Positions 16,654-26,584 of a stretch of 26,584 nucleotides of DNA are shown in pieces (within the stretch, counting starts at the first letter, position 1; each line of letters begins with the position of its first letter). The position numbers and the translations under genes were made by a program. The notes under the pieces are model-generated. The model was not told the DNA's origin and did no database searches. It saw only the letters and a program-made list of their open reading frames with translations. The stretch is taken from contig JBILDU010000037.1 of NCBI GenBank assembly GCA_044352465.1, forward strand, positions 1-26,584, in the 5' to 3' direction. The DNA is from Bdellovibrionota bacterium. GTDB taxonomy: Bacteria > Bdellovibrionota_C > UBA2361.

Positions 16654-17733
16654 CTACTCGCACAAAAACGATCGATAGAGTTCGAAAGATCTGACCACAT
16701 CGTCGATCTTCACAAATTCACCCCGTTGATGCGCCTGTGCGGTGATGCCGGGTCCACAATTCACTGCGGGGATTCCGTGGAGACTGAAGAGTGCGACGTC
16801 GGTGTAGGCAAGTTTCGGATGTACCGGTAAATCGAAGCGGCTCCGGAAGCGGGTGAGAACGGGATTAGCTGACGGGACCGGACACGAAGGAGACTCGTCG
16901 ATAAATTCAATCGAGGCCTCCTCTCGGACGACCTCGTGGAGCCACGCTCGCGCGGCCTCCATGGAGGTATTGGGCGAGAAGCGGGTATTGACGCTCAGCT
17001 CGAATCGGTCGGGCACGACGTTTGACGAGTTGTCGCCGGAGTGGGCGATCGTCGCCGATATCACCTCTTTAAACTCAAGCCCCTCAATAGTTACGACGCG
17101 GGGTTTGAGGATGGCTAAGCGACTGAGGAAGCCTCCCGCCTTGTGAATCGCATTCTCGCCCTGCCACGGTCTCGCCGAGTGGGCGCGTTGTCCCCAAAAG
17201 ACGACCCGCGCATGTGAGGTGCCCATGCAGCCGAGGTGGAGTGTCGAGTCGGTGGGCTCAAGGATAAAGCACAGGGCGATGTCTTTGAGGTAGGCTGCCC
17301 GTTCAAAGATCGGGTGAAGTCCATTGGTTCGATAAGATCCTTCCTCCGACTCATAGAATACAAAGGTAACATTTGAACGGAGTTTTTGGAGCGTTTCGGG
17401 CGTGAGAAGTTCGAGCATGACGGCGACTCCGGCCTTCATATCGGAGGCACCGAGCCCGATGACCTTGTCGTCGATTACCTGAACTCGATCTCCGGTTTCC
17501 TCTCCGTGCACGGTGTCGAGATGTCCCGCGAGCCCGATGGTCGGTGCTCCTGGGAGGGTGGGGGTACGCACGATCAGTGAATTGTTAATTCGTTCGATAG
17601 TGGGGTGAGCGGCGGCACCACGAAAGCGCTCCTCGATCCGTTGTAACACGTGGTCACAGATCGTCTTCTCCTCGCCGGTGAATGAACGGATCTTAAGCAG
17701 CGCTACGAGTTCTTCCACAAGTCTTGAGTGCAT
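16654..17733 (-). CDS. dapE: Succinyl-diaminopimelate desuccinylase (M20 family)
   Basis: GHLDTV, GLGASDMK, ESEEG, LEPT, AHSARPWQGENAIHK and GPG...QAH. It is co-oriented 12 bp downstream of a DapC-like aminotransferase. Confidence 0.8.
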   Translation of the reverse strand: MHSRLVEELVALLKIRSFTGEEKTICDHVLQRIEERFRGAAAHPTIERINNSLIVRTPTLPGAPTIGLAGHLDTVHGEETGDRVQVIDDKVIGLGASDMKAGVAVMLELLTPETLQKLRSNVTFVFYESEEGSYRTNGLHPIFERAAYLKDIALCFILEPTDSTLHLGCMGTSHARVVFWGQRAHSARPWQGENAIHKAGGFLSRLAILKPRVVTIEGLEFKEVISATIAHSGDNSSNVVPDRFELSVNTRFSPNTSMEAARAWLHEVVREEASIEFIDESPSCPVPSANPVLTRFRSRFDLPVHPKLAYTDVALFSLHGIPAVNCGPGITAQAHQRGEFVKIDDVVRSFELYRSFLCE

Positions 17734-17745
17734 CGGCTGGATCCC

Positions 17746-18906
17746 TTACCTATTTTTGAATAGATCTTCCCAGATCGTCGCCACCTTTTTGCAGTCGGTA
17801 AGTGACGGGACGAGAGCTACGCGGAAAAAATTCTCACACCCGGGACCGAACGAGCTACCTGGGCTCGCGACGATCCCCGCTTCGAGGAGCCGATCGGTGT
17901 AGTCGTTGCCAGACATCCCCGCGGGTGCCCTTACCCAGAGATAGAAGGTTGCGTCGGTGGGCGTTACCTGAAGTTTCATCCGCTTCGTAAGGAAGTCGAG
18001 GAAGAAGTCGCGCTTCTCCTTGAAGATCGCTCTCCGTTCCGCTGCGTGCGCATCGTCGCTCCAGGCGGCAGTAGCGGCTACTTGGGTATAGATCGGTTGG
18101 GCTACTCCGAGGGTGTCTCGGAACGCCGCATAGGCTTGGAGAATGTCGCGATCTCCAGCCATAAACCCGGTCCGATATGCGGTCATACCGCTGCGTTTCG
18201 AGCACGAGTGAAAAGCGACCACTCCCTTGGTCTGCACCTCGAGCACGGAGGGTGGCGCAGTCGTGCCAAAGTAAACGTCGACATAACATTCGTCCGAAGC
18301 GACGACGATATCGTAACGTTCAGCGATCTTAATCTGCTCACGCAGATAGTCTCGGGTACATTCGACCCCGGTCGGATTGTGTGGATAGTTGAGCCACACA
18401 ATCGCGGTGCGTTTCAGGATCGACTCAGGAACCTTTGCGAGATCAAGGAGAAAGCCGTTCTCGGGAGTGAGAGGATAGGGATAGTATTCCGCCCCCAGTA
18501 CGATCGCACTCCGTTCCATGACGAAGTATCCCGGGCTTGGACCGATAATCACGTTTTTTGCCGAGCCGGGCTCGATGAAGAGAAAAGCAAAATTGTAGAT
18601 CGCTTCCTTCGAACCGGTGCAGGGAACGATCTCGGTCTCGGGATCGAGGGGGACATTAAAACGGCGCTGAACGTATCCTTGGATCGATTTTCGGAGCTCC
18701 GTGGAGCCGCGCACCGTGGGGTATTGCGAGATCGTCGGCACGCCACGAGAAATTGCTTCGCGGATAAATGCCGGCGTCGGCTCAATCGGATCTCCAGCTC
18801 CGAAATCGAATACGGCTTTACCTGCTGCGACGAGCGCTTTTTTCTTCGCCGTCAATTGAGCAGTGGGGTACTTCGAGATGCTTACAACACGCGAGCTCAA
18901 TTGCAC
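17746..18906 (-). CDS. dapC: Class I/II PLP aminotransferase, probably succinyldiaminopimelate transaminase
   Basis: DFGAGDP, GSKEAI, WLNYPHNPTG, SDECY and SCSKRSGMTAYRTG (PLP Lys). RBS ggagg precedes the GTG, and dapE is adjacent. Confidence 0.8.
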   Translation of the reverse strand: MQLSSRVVSISKYPTAQLTAKKKALVAAGKAVFDFGAGDPIEPTPAFIREAISRGVPTISQYPTVRGSTELRKSIQGYVQRRFNVPLDPETEIVPCTGSKEAIYNFAFLFIEPGSAKNVIIGPSPGYFVMERSAIVLGAEYYPYPLTPENGFLLDLAKVPESILKRTAIVWLNYPHNPTGVECTRDYLREQIKIAERYDIVVASDECYVDVYFGTTAPPSVLEVQTKGVVAFHSCSKRSGMTAYRTGFMAGDRDILQAYAAFRDTLGVAQPIYTQVAATAAWSDDAHAAERRAIFKEKRDFFLDFLTKRMKLQVTPTDATFYLWVRAPAGMSGNDYTDRLLEAGIVASPGSSFGPGCENFFRVALVPSLTDCKKVATIWEDLFKNR

Positions 18907-19148
18907 AGGTGCCTCCGTTATAAAAATTCGCGGTACTTCGAACGAGAAGAGATTTTGGGCCGCGCAGACAGACCCAAAAATCGTGTGGTTTTCGGCCTCT
19001 GCCGCTCACCGAGCTTCATAGCGCCATCGAACGGATCCTAACCCGGCTCGATGTGACTGAAAAGACTCGTTGAGAGGCGCAGTCGTGCGCCGCACGGGGA
19101 TCCAGGGAGATGGCATCATCGGGAACGGGTTGAGCATCACTCGAGGGC

Positions 19149-19712
19149 TCATCGGTCTCCGCCGGGGACCGTGCGAACGAGGCCGGGTGTCTCCGGTGTG
19201 GTTGACAGGTCGTAGCGTTGGGCGAGGGCAAGATGCTCCCGGCCGCGAGCTAGGGCGATTCGAGCGATCTCGAGGACTTTGTCGTGGTGGGTATGTTGAA
19301 CCGCATCTTCGAGGTGCCCGATGGTTGCGCGGTGCTCCGCGAGTGCTCGGCGCATGAAGGTCTGGTCGAAGCGGGCCCCGTGGAGCTTCTGGAGCTCGTC
19401 CAGCGACGTTGCGATCTCGGTGGGGATCTCGCTTGGCAACGGTAATTGATGCCGTCCAGCCAGCGCGACGATGCGTTGGTCCAGCTCGGTATGGTCGCGC
19501 TCCAAACGTAGAGCGTAGTCGCGGATAAGCGGATCTTGACTCTGCTGCAGACCGCGGCGCGCTAGCGCGCTCTCCCCGCGGCCACGTTGATAGAGGTCTA
19601 CAAGGAGGGTCCGATCGCGCTCCCCGAGTGGTGTGTGCACCTCGGCTGCATAGACGGAGATGGCCAGAATAACTAAGAGGAGGGAATGACTCAGGAGGCG
19701 ATAAAACAACAT
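19149..19712 (-). CDS. DUF4142 domain exported protein (ferritin-like helical bundle)
   Basis: Signal peptide, then D..L...E..LAR....SQDP.IRDYA..L..DH, LP, L..LHGARFD..FM....EH and EHLALA. Confidence 0.8.
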   Translation of the reverse strand: MLFYRLLSHSLLLVILAISVYAAEVHTPLGERDRTLLVDLYQRGRGESALARRGLQQSQDPLIRDYALRLERDHTELDQRIVALAGRHQLPLPSEIPTEIATSLDELQKLHGARFDQTFMRRALAEHRATIGHLEDAVQHTHHDKVLEIARIALARGREHLALAQRYDLSTTPETPGLVRTVPGGDR

Positions 19713-19892
19713 GACGTTTCTTCGTGCGGGGCTCTGGAGACTAGCCCGATTTCATTTGCTGCCGTTGCCGCTCGGGTTTCCGAACGGAGCTGATGATGAT
19801 AATTCAGCGACCCCTTACGACCATGATCTCGCCCACCCTGTAGCCGTGTGATATACGGAGAGGGTGACTTTATCGTTTTTGGTGATGGATCT

Positions 19893-22028
19893 GTGAAGGT
19901 AGCCCTCAAAAAAGCTCAACGCGGACTGAAGCGTAAGAACGTAGCAGCAAAGACAGGGAAAAGATCACCAGTGGAGCGGGCCCGTGGGGTAGCGAAGAAG
20001 GGAGTGAAGGCTCGGGGAAAGAAACGGACGAAGCTGCAGGTTAAAAGTGGAGACCGGTCGGCACCGGCAGAGTACTCTGCGGACCAGCTCCGCGCGATGT
20101 ACGCGGCCCTCGTGACCCCACGGTTGATTGAGGAGAAAATGCTTCTCCTTCTTCGTCAGGGGAAGGTCTCGAAGTGGTTTTCGGGTATCGGCCAAGAAGC
20201 TATTGCGGTGGGGTGTACTCTCGCCCTGGACAACGATGAATATATCTTGCCGCTCCATCGAAACCTCGGGGTTTTCACCACCCGCCAGGTGCCGCTCGAG
20301 CGGCTGATGGCTCAATGGCAGGGGACGGCCTCCGGGTTTACGAAGGGCCGGGATCGATCGTTTCACTTCGGCACCCGTGATTATCACATTGTGGGTATGA
20401 TCTCTCACCTCGGTCCACAGCTCTGTGTGGCTGATGGTATCGCCCTCGCCCACCGTTTGAAGAACGAAGGTAAAGTCACCCTCGTTTTTAGTGGCGAAGG
20501 GGGGACGAGTGAAGGTGATTTTCACGAGGCGCTCAACGTCGCAGCGGTATGGGACCTCCCGGTCATCTTCGTCATCGAGAATAACGGGTACGGCTTGTCG
20601 ACCCCGACTGAGCAGCAGTTTCGGTGTCAGGAGCTTAAAGATAGGGCAAGCGGATACGGGATCGAGGGGGTCCGTATCGATGGCAACGATATCCTCGAAG
20701 TGTATCGGACCATCGATGGGTATGCCCGCGAGATGCGCAAAAATCCGCGGCCTGTCCTCGTCGAGTGCATGACATTTCGGATGCGCGGGCACGAGGAGGC
20801 TTCCGGGGTTAAATACGTTCCCCCGGAGCTTTTCGAGCGCTGGGCGAAGAAAGATCCGGTGACTCAGTTTGAATCGAAGCTTCGGAACTGGGGTGTTCTC
20901 GACGATATTTCTAAGGCGTCGATCCGGGGTCCCATCGCCGCGGCGATCGAGCAGGCTATCGAGGTCGCTTTTGCCGAGGAGCCGATCACTCCCGACACGC
21001 AGATTGAATTGAGCGATGTCTACTCAGCCGCTCCGGCGCCCGCCGTTACTCCGGTGGGAGCGCTCACGAAGCGTCGCTACGTGGATGCAGTTTCCGATGG
21101 GCTCCGAGAGGGGCTCAGGCATCACCCGGAGCTCGTCATCATGGGGCAAGATGTTGCAGAGTACGGAGGTGTTTTTAAGGTTACCGAGGGGTTTGTAAAA
21201 GAGTTCGGAGCTCAGCGGGTGCGCAATACGCCGTTGTGCGAGTCCGCGATCCTTGGGGCCGCTCTCGGGCTTTCGATTAAAGGTTTTCGATCGGTTGTCG
21301 AGATGCAGTTCGCCGACTTCGTGTCGTGTGGCTTCAACCAGATCATCAATAACCTTGCTAAAGTTCACTACCGTTGGGGGCAAAACGCCGCAGTCGTCGT
21401 GCGCATGCCGACCGGTGCGGGCACCGGTGCAGGGCCGTTTCACTCGCAGTCGAACGAGGCGTGGTTCTATCATACTCCGGGCTTAAAGGTTGTGTATCCA
21501 GCCACACCCTATGACGCGAAGGGGCTTCTGCTGGCGGCTATCGCCGATCCTGATCCGGTGATGTTTTTTGAGCATAAGCTCCTGTATCGAAGCGTCTCCG
21601 AGGAGATCCCGGGTGGGTACTACACCTGCGATATCGGTCGCGCGCGCGTGGATCGAACGGGTGATGATGTGGGTATAATCACCTACGGCGCGGGGGTTTA
21701 TTGGGCCCGCGAGGTCCTCGATAAACATTCTGAGATATCCGGGACTATTCTTGATCTACGCACCCTAGCACCGCTCGATTACGGGGCTATCGCTGACGTC
21801 GTGGCGAAAACTCACCGGGTATTGGTATTACACGAAGACACCCTGATAGGCGGGGTGGGGGGTGACATCGCCGCGTGGATCGGAGAGCACTGCTTTGGTG
21901 ATCTCGATGCCCCGGTTGTGCGGTGTGCGAGCCTCGACACCCCGATACCATTTGCCGCTGGGTTGGAGAGAAATTTTCTGGCGAAAAATCGACTTGAGGA
22001 GCAGCTCATAGGGCTGCTCCGATTTTAG
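19893..22028 (+). CDS. 2-oxoacid (probably branched-chain) dehydrogenase E1, fused alpha/beta subunits
   Basis: GIGQEA, GEGGTSEGDFHEALN...ENN (TPP binding), FRMRGHEE, GQDV..YGGVF, RNTPLCE, EMQFADF and GPFHSQ. The start codon is uncertain (19848-20004). Confidence 0.9.
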   Translation: MKVALKKAQRGLKRKNVAAKTGKRSPVERARGVAKKGVKARGKKRTKLQVKSGDRSAPAEYSADQLRAMYAALVTPRLIEEKMLLLLRQGKVSKWFSGIGQEAIAVGCTLALDNDEYILPLHRNLGVFTTRQVPLERLMAQWQGTASGFTKGRDRSFHFGTRDYHIVGMISHLGPQLCVADGIALAHRLKNEGKVTLVFSGEGGTSEGDFHEALNVAAVWDLPVIFVIENNGYGLSTPTEQQFRCQELKDRASGYGIEGVRIDGNDILEVYRTIDGYAREMRKNPRPVLVECMTFRMRGHEEASGVKYVPPELFERWAKKDPVTQFESKLRNWGVLDDISKASIRGPIAAAIEQAIEVAFAEEPITPDTQIELSDVYSAAPAPAVTPVGALTKRRYVDAVSDGLREGLRHHPELVIMGQDVAEYGGVFKVTEGFVKEFGAQRVRNTPLCESAILGAALGLSIKGFRSVVEMQFADFVSCGFNQIINNLAKVHYRWGQNAAVVVRMPTGAGTGAGPFHSQSNEAWFYHTPGLKVVYPATPYDAKGLLLAAIADPDPVMFFEHKLLYRSVSEEIPGGYYTCDIGRARVDRTGDDVGIITYGAGVYWAREVLDKHSEISGTILDLRTLAPLDYGAIADVVAKTHRVLVLHEDTLIGGVGGDIAAWIGEHCFGDLDAPVVRCASLDTPIPFAAGLERNFLAKNRLEEQLIGLLRF

Positions 22029-22105
22029 AGTTCCTCGCACCAACAGGGCGCCCCAATAGGCGCCTGCTTGGCTCAGGTGAGGGGTGATTAAGAAGACGTT
22101 ACCCG

Positions 22106-22981
22106 ATGCTACGGATACTATTTCTTGTACCGAAAAGATTACTCAGTGCGGTCGTGGGGCGGCTCGCCCATATCCCACTGCCGGGACCGTTAGGTCGTGC
22201 AGTGGTACGGCTGTTCGTGCGGTGTTATCAGATCGAGACCACGTCAGCTGAGTTGCCGCTGGAGCGTTATCGCTCGGTCGGCGAGTTCTTTACCCGTAAT
22301 CTGAAGCCCGGTCTTCGTCCGGTCGATGGTGCGTTGGTATCACCGGTTGATGGGCGGGTGCGTGGCTTCGGTCGAATCGTCGGGGGCGAGCTTGAACAGA
22401 TTAAAGGAAAGACATACCGAGTCGATGAGTTTCTCGGCGATGAACGATTCGCGCCTCTCGGGGATACTCCGCTGGCTTCACGCTATGAGGGGGGATTCTA
22501 TATTAATCTCTACCTCGCTCCTCCCGACTATCACCATATTCACGCGCCGGTAGCAGGGCGGATCCGGTGTGTGCGCGCCATTCCGGGCAATTTATGGCCG
22601 GTGAACGACTGGTCGATTCGTACGATCGACAAACTTTTTGCGGTGAATGAGCGCATGGTCGTGGTGATTGAATCCGCGTTTGGGCTCGTCACCGTTGTGA
22701 TGGTCGGGGCAACGAATGTGGGGAAGATCGCTCTGGCGTTCGATTCCCTACGTTCGAATCGCTTTCCTGCCCGGTTGCAACGCGCTGTGTACGCCGAGCC
22801 CCGGCCGATTGAGGCTGGCGAGCGACTGGGGACTTTTCATCTCGGCTCCAGTGTGGTGGTACTCTTTGAGCCAGGAGCTTTCCCGGAGGGGCGTGTCGGG
22901 GTTCAGGTGGGGGAGGCGGTACGGTACGGTCGTGCACTCGCCGCCGTGTCACCAACTTTAGACGAACGCCCGCTGACTTGA
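22106..22981 (+). CDS. psd: Phosphatidylserine decarboxylase proenzyme
   Basis: FFTRNLKPGLRP, SPVDG, YLAPPDYHHIHAP, NER, VGATNVG and FHLGSS (self-cleavage motif). Confidence 0.92.
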   Translation: MLRILFLVPKRLLSAVVGRLAHIPLPGPLGRAVVRLFVRCYQIETTSAELPLERYRSVGEFFTRNLKPGLRPVDGALVSPVDGRVRGFGRIVGGELEQIKGKTYRVDEFLGDERFAPLGDTPLASRYEGGFYINLYLAPPDYHHIHAPVAGRIRCVRAIPGNLWPVNDWSIRTIDKLFAVNERMVVVIESAFGLVTVVMVGATNVGKIALAFDSLRSNRFPARLQRAVYAEPRPIEAGERLGTFHLGSSVVVLFEPGAFPEGRVGVQVGEAVRYGRALAAVSPTLDERPLT

Positions 22982-23310
22982 GAATTGCTCCACGTTCAGG
23001 CATCCCCCTCACATCCCCGTTTCCCCGTCGCTCCCGATACCTGCACTTTGCTCCGGTATGTGCGCGGCCATTCTGGCCGGGCTTGTGTCCCGTCCCTAAC
23101 AAATCTGGCAGGTGAAAAAACTCTACGAAAATGAGACCAGCCCACCTTTGAATAAGCTCGGCTGTAGGGCGGTCATAAATTTACTTATTTTTCTTCCCGA
23201 ATCGGCCGACTAAACCATTGGGTTGGTGCCCTCTCACTCAGGGGTAATGCCAATTATATTGAGTGCTTACGTGCTCGGATGGCGCAGTCGCGCCGTAAAG
23301 GTGGGAGCTT

Positions 23311-24609
23311 TTGGAAAGGATCGCTGGCAAATACGACATCGTTCGGGAGCTCGGTAAGGGTAGCTACGGCAGTGTCTATCTTGTGCGCCACGCCATTCTC
23401 GGGACGCCCTATGCGCTCAAACTCCTGAATCCAACCACCTTTGAGGCCACGAAGCTTGTAGCCCGCTTTAAGCAAGAGGCGGAGATCCTTGAGCGCTTCA
23501 CCCACGAGGGGTTGGTGCATCTGCGCGATTTCGGCATCACCGAGGATGGCCGCTACTACATGACGATGGATTATTGCGAGGGCGGCTCGCTTGAGGATTT
23601 TCTGGTTGAGCGCGGTGGGGTGGACGTCCCTATGGCGCTCGATATCATCGAGCAGGTCCTCCATGCGCTGGAGGCCGCCCACAGTACCGGGGTTATCCAC
23701 CGCGATATTAAACCGGAAAACCTTATCGTACAGGTTAATCCGAACGGCCGATTGGTCATCAAGATTCTCGATTTCGGGGTGGCGAAGTTGCGCGATCGAC
23801 TACTCGTCGACTCAGGGACAACGTCAGAAGGTGTGGCGATAGGGACACCCTTTTATATGTCCCCTGAACAAGCGGCGGGGGAGCGACTCTTAGATAATCG
23901 GTCGGATCTCTATTCAGTGGGTATCATCCTTTACCGCCTTCTCACCGGCGAGCTTCCCTTCCAGGGAGATACCGTTATTCAGACCCTGCTGATGCACATC
24001 ACGAAACCGGCTGACCGCTTCGCTGAGCGACTCGGCCTGCCGCTTTTTTTCGAGGAGATGGTTTTTCGCGCGATTGCGAAAGATCGAGTCCATCGATATC
24101 AAGATGCCGGTGAGTTTCTGCACGACCTTATCCAGGCACGCCAAGTCTTTTACGCTGGTGGTCACCATCCATCCCACGGGGCTGTCCCCGCTGTCGATGA
24201 GGTCAATGATGCACCCGTCGTCATCGAAGCTGAGTCCAAGGAGCCGACCCGTATCTTATGTCTCGACGATAACGAGATGATTCTGCAGATATTGCGCTAT
24301 ATTCTCGAGGCGCAGGGGTATCAGGTCTTTACCGCTACCGATTTCTCAGTCATTCACAGTTATCTCTTCCGCGAAAAAGCGCAGTTAATGCTGTGTGACG
24401 TCAACATGCCCGGCATTCTCGGCACGCGGGTATGTCAAATGTTGAAAGAGAGCCGCGCCGACCTCAAGATCGTACTCTTTTCGAATATTCCTGAACGTGA
24501 GCTCGAAAAACTCGCCCGCGAGAGCCAGGCCGATGATTGGCTGAGTAAGAATGCACGACCCGAGGATTGGCTCGCGCGGATCAATGCTATTCTCGGTGTA
24601 ACGAAATAG
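23311..24609 (+). CDS. Hanks-type Ser/Thr protein kinase with C-terminal response-regulator receiver domain
   Basis: Kinase motifs GKGSYGSV, ALK, HRDIKPEN, DFG and GTPFYMSPEQ. REC motifs ILCLDD, LCDVNMPG, LFS and LSK. TTG start follows ggtgggag. Confidence 0.9.
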   Translation: MERIAGKYDIVRELGKGSYGSVYLVRHAILGTPYALKLLNPTTFEATKLVARFKQEAEILERFTHEGLVHLRDFGITEDGRYYMTMDYCEGGSLEDFLVERGGVDVPMALDIIEQVLHALEAAHSTGVIHRDIKPENLIVQVNPNGRLVIKILDFGVAKLRDRLLVDSGTTSEGVAIGTPFYMSPEQAAGERLLDNRSDLYSVGIILYRLLTGELPFQGDTVIQTLLMHITKPADRFAERLGLPLFFEEMVFRAIAKDRVHRYQDAGEFLHDLIQARQVFYAGGHHPSHGAVPAVDEVNDAPVVIEAESKEPTRILCLDDNEMILQILRYILEAQGYQVFTATDFSVIHSYLFREKAQLMLCDVNMPGILGTRVCQMLKESRADLKIVLFSNIPERELEKLARESQADDWLSKNARPEDWLARINAILGVTK

Positions 24610-24618
24610 CCCCGACTC

Positions 24619-26031
24619 TTAACGCGACCCTTCGTGGGGCAAGACATCGAAGACTTTTCCCGGATTCAAAATGCCCTTAGGGTCAAAGGCACGTTTTATC
24701 GAGCGCATAATGGCGAGCTCCCCGGCGGAGCGAGTGTAGTGCAGGTAGTCCTTCTTGAGGAGTCCTACCCCGTGTTCGGCCGAGACGGTTCCCGCGAAGC
24801 TTCGCACGAGGGTGAAAAGAGCATCGTCGGCAACTTTTGCCTGAGACAGGAAAGTCTCAGGCGGCATGCCCTCCGGCTTGATGACGTTAAAATGGATATT
24901 GCCGTCTCCGAGATGTCCGAAGGAGACGATTTGAGCGCCCGGATAAATCTTTGGGGCGAGTGTCGCAACTGATCGCAAAAACTGCGGCACGGCGGGAACA
25001 GGGACGGCGATATCGTTTTTATGAATCGTATAGTGACGGGAGAGGGTTGAGCTGATGAGCTCTCGCAGCGCTAAGAAATCAGCGGCCTGGGCGGCGCTCT
25101 GCGCGATCACAGCGTCAGCGATTACTCCGCGCTCAGCGAGGTCAGCGAGCCATCCCTCCAGCGATCCACGCAGTAACTTTTCGTCCCCCTCGATATCGAG
25201 GAGCGCATACGTTTCATAGCGCTCCGCCAATGGGTCACGCACCGGGTGATGGGCCTTCACCACCTCAAGCGCTGCGCGTGACATGAACTCAAAGAGTGTA
25301 ATCGACTCGAATCGGCGACGCGCCTCACTCAAGAGATTTGGCAGTTCCTCCGAGCTGGTTAAGCCACAGAAGATGCGGGTAGCCGGCCCGGGTGGAGCTG
25401 TCAATTTCAAAATTGCGGCGGTGATGACGCCGAGCGTTCCCTCCGAGCCGATCAGGAGCGAGCGCAGATCGAACCCAGAGTTGTTTTTGAACAGCTTACC
25501 GTTGAGGTTTAGTATCTCCCCGGTACCAGTGACGACGGTCAGACCGAGAACCCAGTCGCGCATATTGCCGTACCGCAGGACCCGCAGCCCCCCGGCGTTG
25601 GTTGCGATGTTTCCCCCGATACGGCTCGAGCCGCGACTGGCAAAATCGACAGGGAAATACAGACCTGCTTCGCGCGCCACCTGTTGGACCCGTTCGGTGA
25701 TCGCGCCTCCCTCACACTCTACGGTGCGGTCGATGGTATCGGGGGGGGCGATCGTGGTCATCCGCTCTAGTGAAAGAACCACTTCGCCGTTCGGCGCTGC
25801 GGCTCCACCGCTCAGCCCGGTTCTACCGCCGGAGGGGACGAGGGGAATCTCGTGTTCGCAACACAGTTGGACGATCTGAGCGACCTCGGCGGTCGTACGA
25901 GGTCGGAGCGCGCACAGCGGAGCTGGGGGGAACGCGTTCAGCCAATCGGTCCCGTATGCGGCGAGGGCAGCCGGGTCGGTGATGACATCCTCGGAGCCGA
26001 TAATACCCTGAAATCGCTTCACAAGATCCAT
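24619..26031 (-). CDS. FAD-binding oxidoreductase, D-2-hydroxyacid dehydrogenase (D2HGDH/Dld/GlcD)-like
   Basis: PSGGRTGLSGGA, IGGNIATNAGG, LIGSEGTLGVIT, GHLGDGNIH, SAEHGVG and FDPKGILNPGK. The likely start is MDLVKRF. Confidence 0.88.
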   Translation of the reverse strand: MDLVKRFQGIIGSEDVITDPAALAAYGTDWLNAFPPAPLCALRPRTTAEVAQIVQLCCEHEIPLVPSGGRTGLSGGAAAPNGEVVLSLERMTTIAPPDTIDRTVECEGGAITERVQQVAREAGLYFPVDFASRGSSRIGGNIATNAGGLRVLRYGNMRDWVLGLTVVTGTGEILNLNGKLFKNNSGFDLRSLLIGSEGTLGVITAAILKLTAPPGPATRIFCGLTSSEELPNLLSEARRRFESITLFEFMSRAALEVVKAHHPVRDPLAERYETYALLDIEGDEKLLRGSLEGWLADLAERGVIADAVIAQSAAQAADFLALRELISSTLSRHYTIHKNDIAVPVPAVPQFLRSVATLAPKIYPGAQIVSFGHLGDGNIHFNVIKPEGMPPETFLSQAKVADDALFTLVRSFAGTVSAEHGVGLLKKDYLHYTRSAGELAIMRSIKRAFDPKGILNPGKVFDVLPHEGSR

Positions 26032-26206
26032 TGCGGTGCCATCCCTGTGGTCGCTCCAACTAAGCTGAAGCAAACCCACGATTTTAAACGATGAGGGGAT
26101 AGATACTACATCGTTTCTTGGGCGGCTATCGTGAACCGGTAGCTGAGAAGCGAACGCCCTCATCGACGAGGAGGGTGGGGTACAGGGTTAGCGGTGGCAG
26201 CAGCGC

Positions 26207-26584
26207 ATGTTCGAGAGTATTCAATTAATTCATAAGTGGTGGCGAACCTGGCGTACCTTGCCGGTGTGGTCGTGGGTGCGGGGAGCCGCGGCGTATCGGG
26301 CGGGGAGATTTGAGTTGGCCGAGCGTCACTACAAAGCTGGTCTGAAACGTCACGCTTCTCACCCGGCCAACTTTTGCGCACGGCTCGACTTGGCCTACTG
26401 CCTGTTCAAACTTGGAAAGATCGAGGAAGCCGACCAGCTTCTTCGTGCGGTCACTACCCAGTTACCAGCTTCACGCGAAGCGTACATCCGATTGGCGCGG
26501 CTACAGATGTGGAGCGGTCATTCGTTAGAAGCGGCCTGGACGATCCGGCGGGCGCTTCGCTCTATCGACGTTGATCCTGAGTTG
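26207..26584 (+). CDS. TPR-like helical repeat protein, 3'-truncated by window edge (absent from ORF track)
   Basis: The frame is open from ATG 26207 to the end of the window: MFESIQ...GAAAYRAGRFELAERHYKAGL...LDLAYCLFKLGKIEEADQLL...EAYIRLARL. Confidence 0.75.
   Translation, partial: MFESIQLIHKWWRTWRTLPVWSWVRGAAAYRAGRFELAERHYKAGLKRHASHPANFCARLDLAYCLFKLGKIEEADQLLRAVTTQLPASREAYIRLARLQMWSGHSLEAAWTIRRALRSIDVDPEL

Noticed and set aside
18046..19041. 331-aa + strand ORF over dapC, and a similar 324-aa antisense ORF at 7820-8794
   Set aside because: Both are antisense to well-supported genes and show no recognisable motifs.
18907..19148. Possible lysine riboswitch upstream of dapC-dapE
   Set aside because: Only one hairpin is present (gattttggg...cccaaaaatc). 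The AGAGGCGC-like motif is on the wrong strand and no multi-stem architecture is evident.
26032..26163. Long N-terminal extensions in the ORF track for the FAD oxidoreductase (also oleD 8595, pilin 12891, SPFH 13475)
   Set aside because: Downstream ATGs fit the family N-termini and, for pilin and SPFH, the RBS positions better.

Overview
This is a GC-rich bacterial chromosomal window. The pilin type, Hanks kinase-receiver fusion and dapC-dapE pair suggest a Deltaproteobacteria/Myxococcota/Bdellovibrionota-like host, which is an inference only. In order it holds: the 3' end of an IS3-family element; a DUF2007-like gene preceded by a 16-bp-period repeat array; an APH/NahK-like sugar kinase and a multidomain GT2; a complete olefin-biosynthesis cluster with a fused OleBC (oleA-oleBC-oleD); and an inverted-architecture photolyase-like gene. 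An accessory stretch at about 11.8-16.5 kb has hairpin-rich intergenic DNA, a small membrane protein, an aromatic-rich type IVa pilin, an SPFH lipoprotein with a non-NfeD partner, and a secreted Pro-rich protein carrying a duplicated Cys motif. The rest is dapC-dapE, DUF4142, a fused 2-oxoacid dehydrogenase E1, psd, a Ser/Thr kinase-REC protein, an FAD oxidoreductase and the start of a TPR-like gene. I found no rRNA, tRNA or CRISPR array. All calls come from reading motifs by eye, with no database searches.
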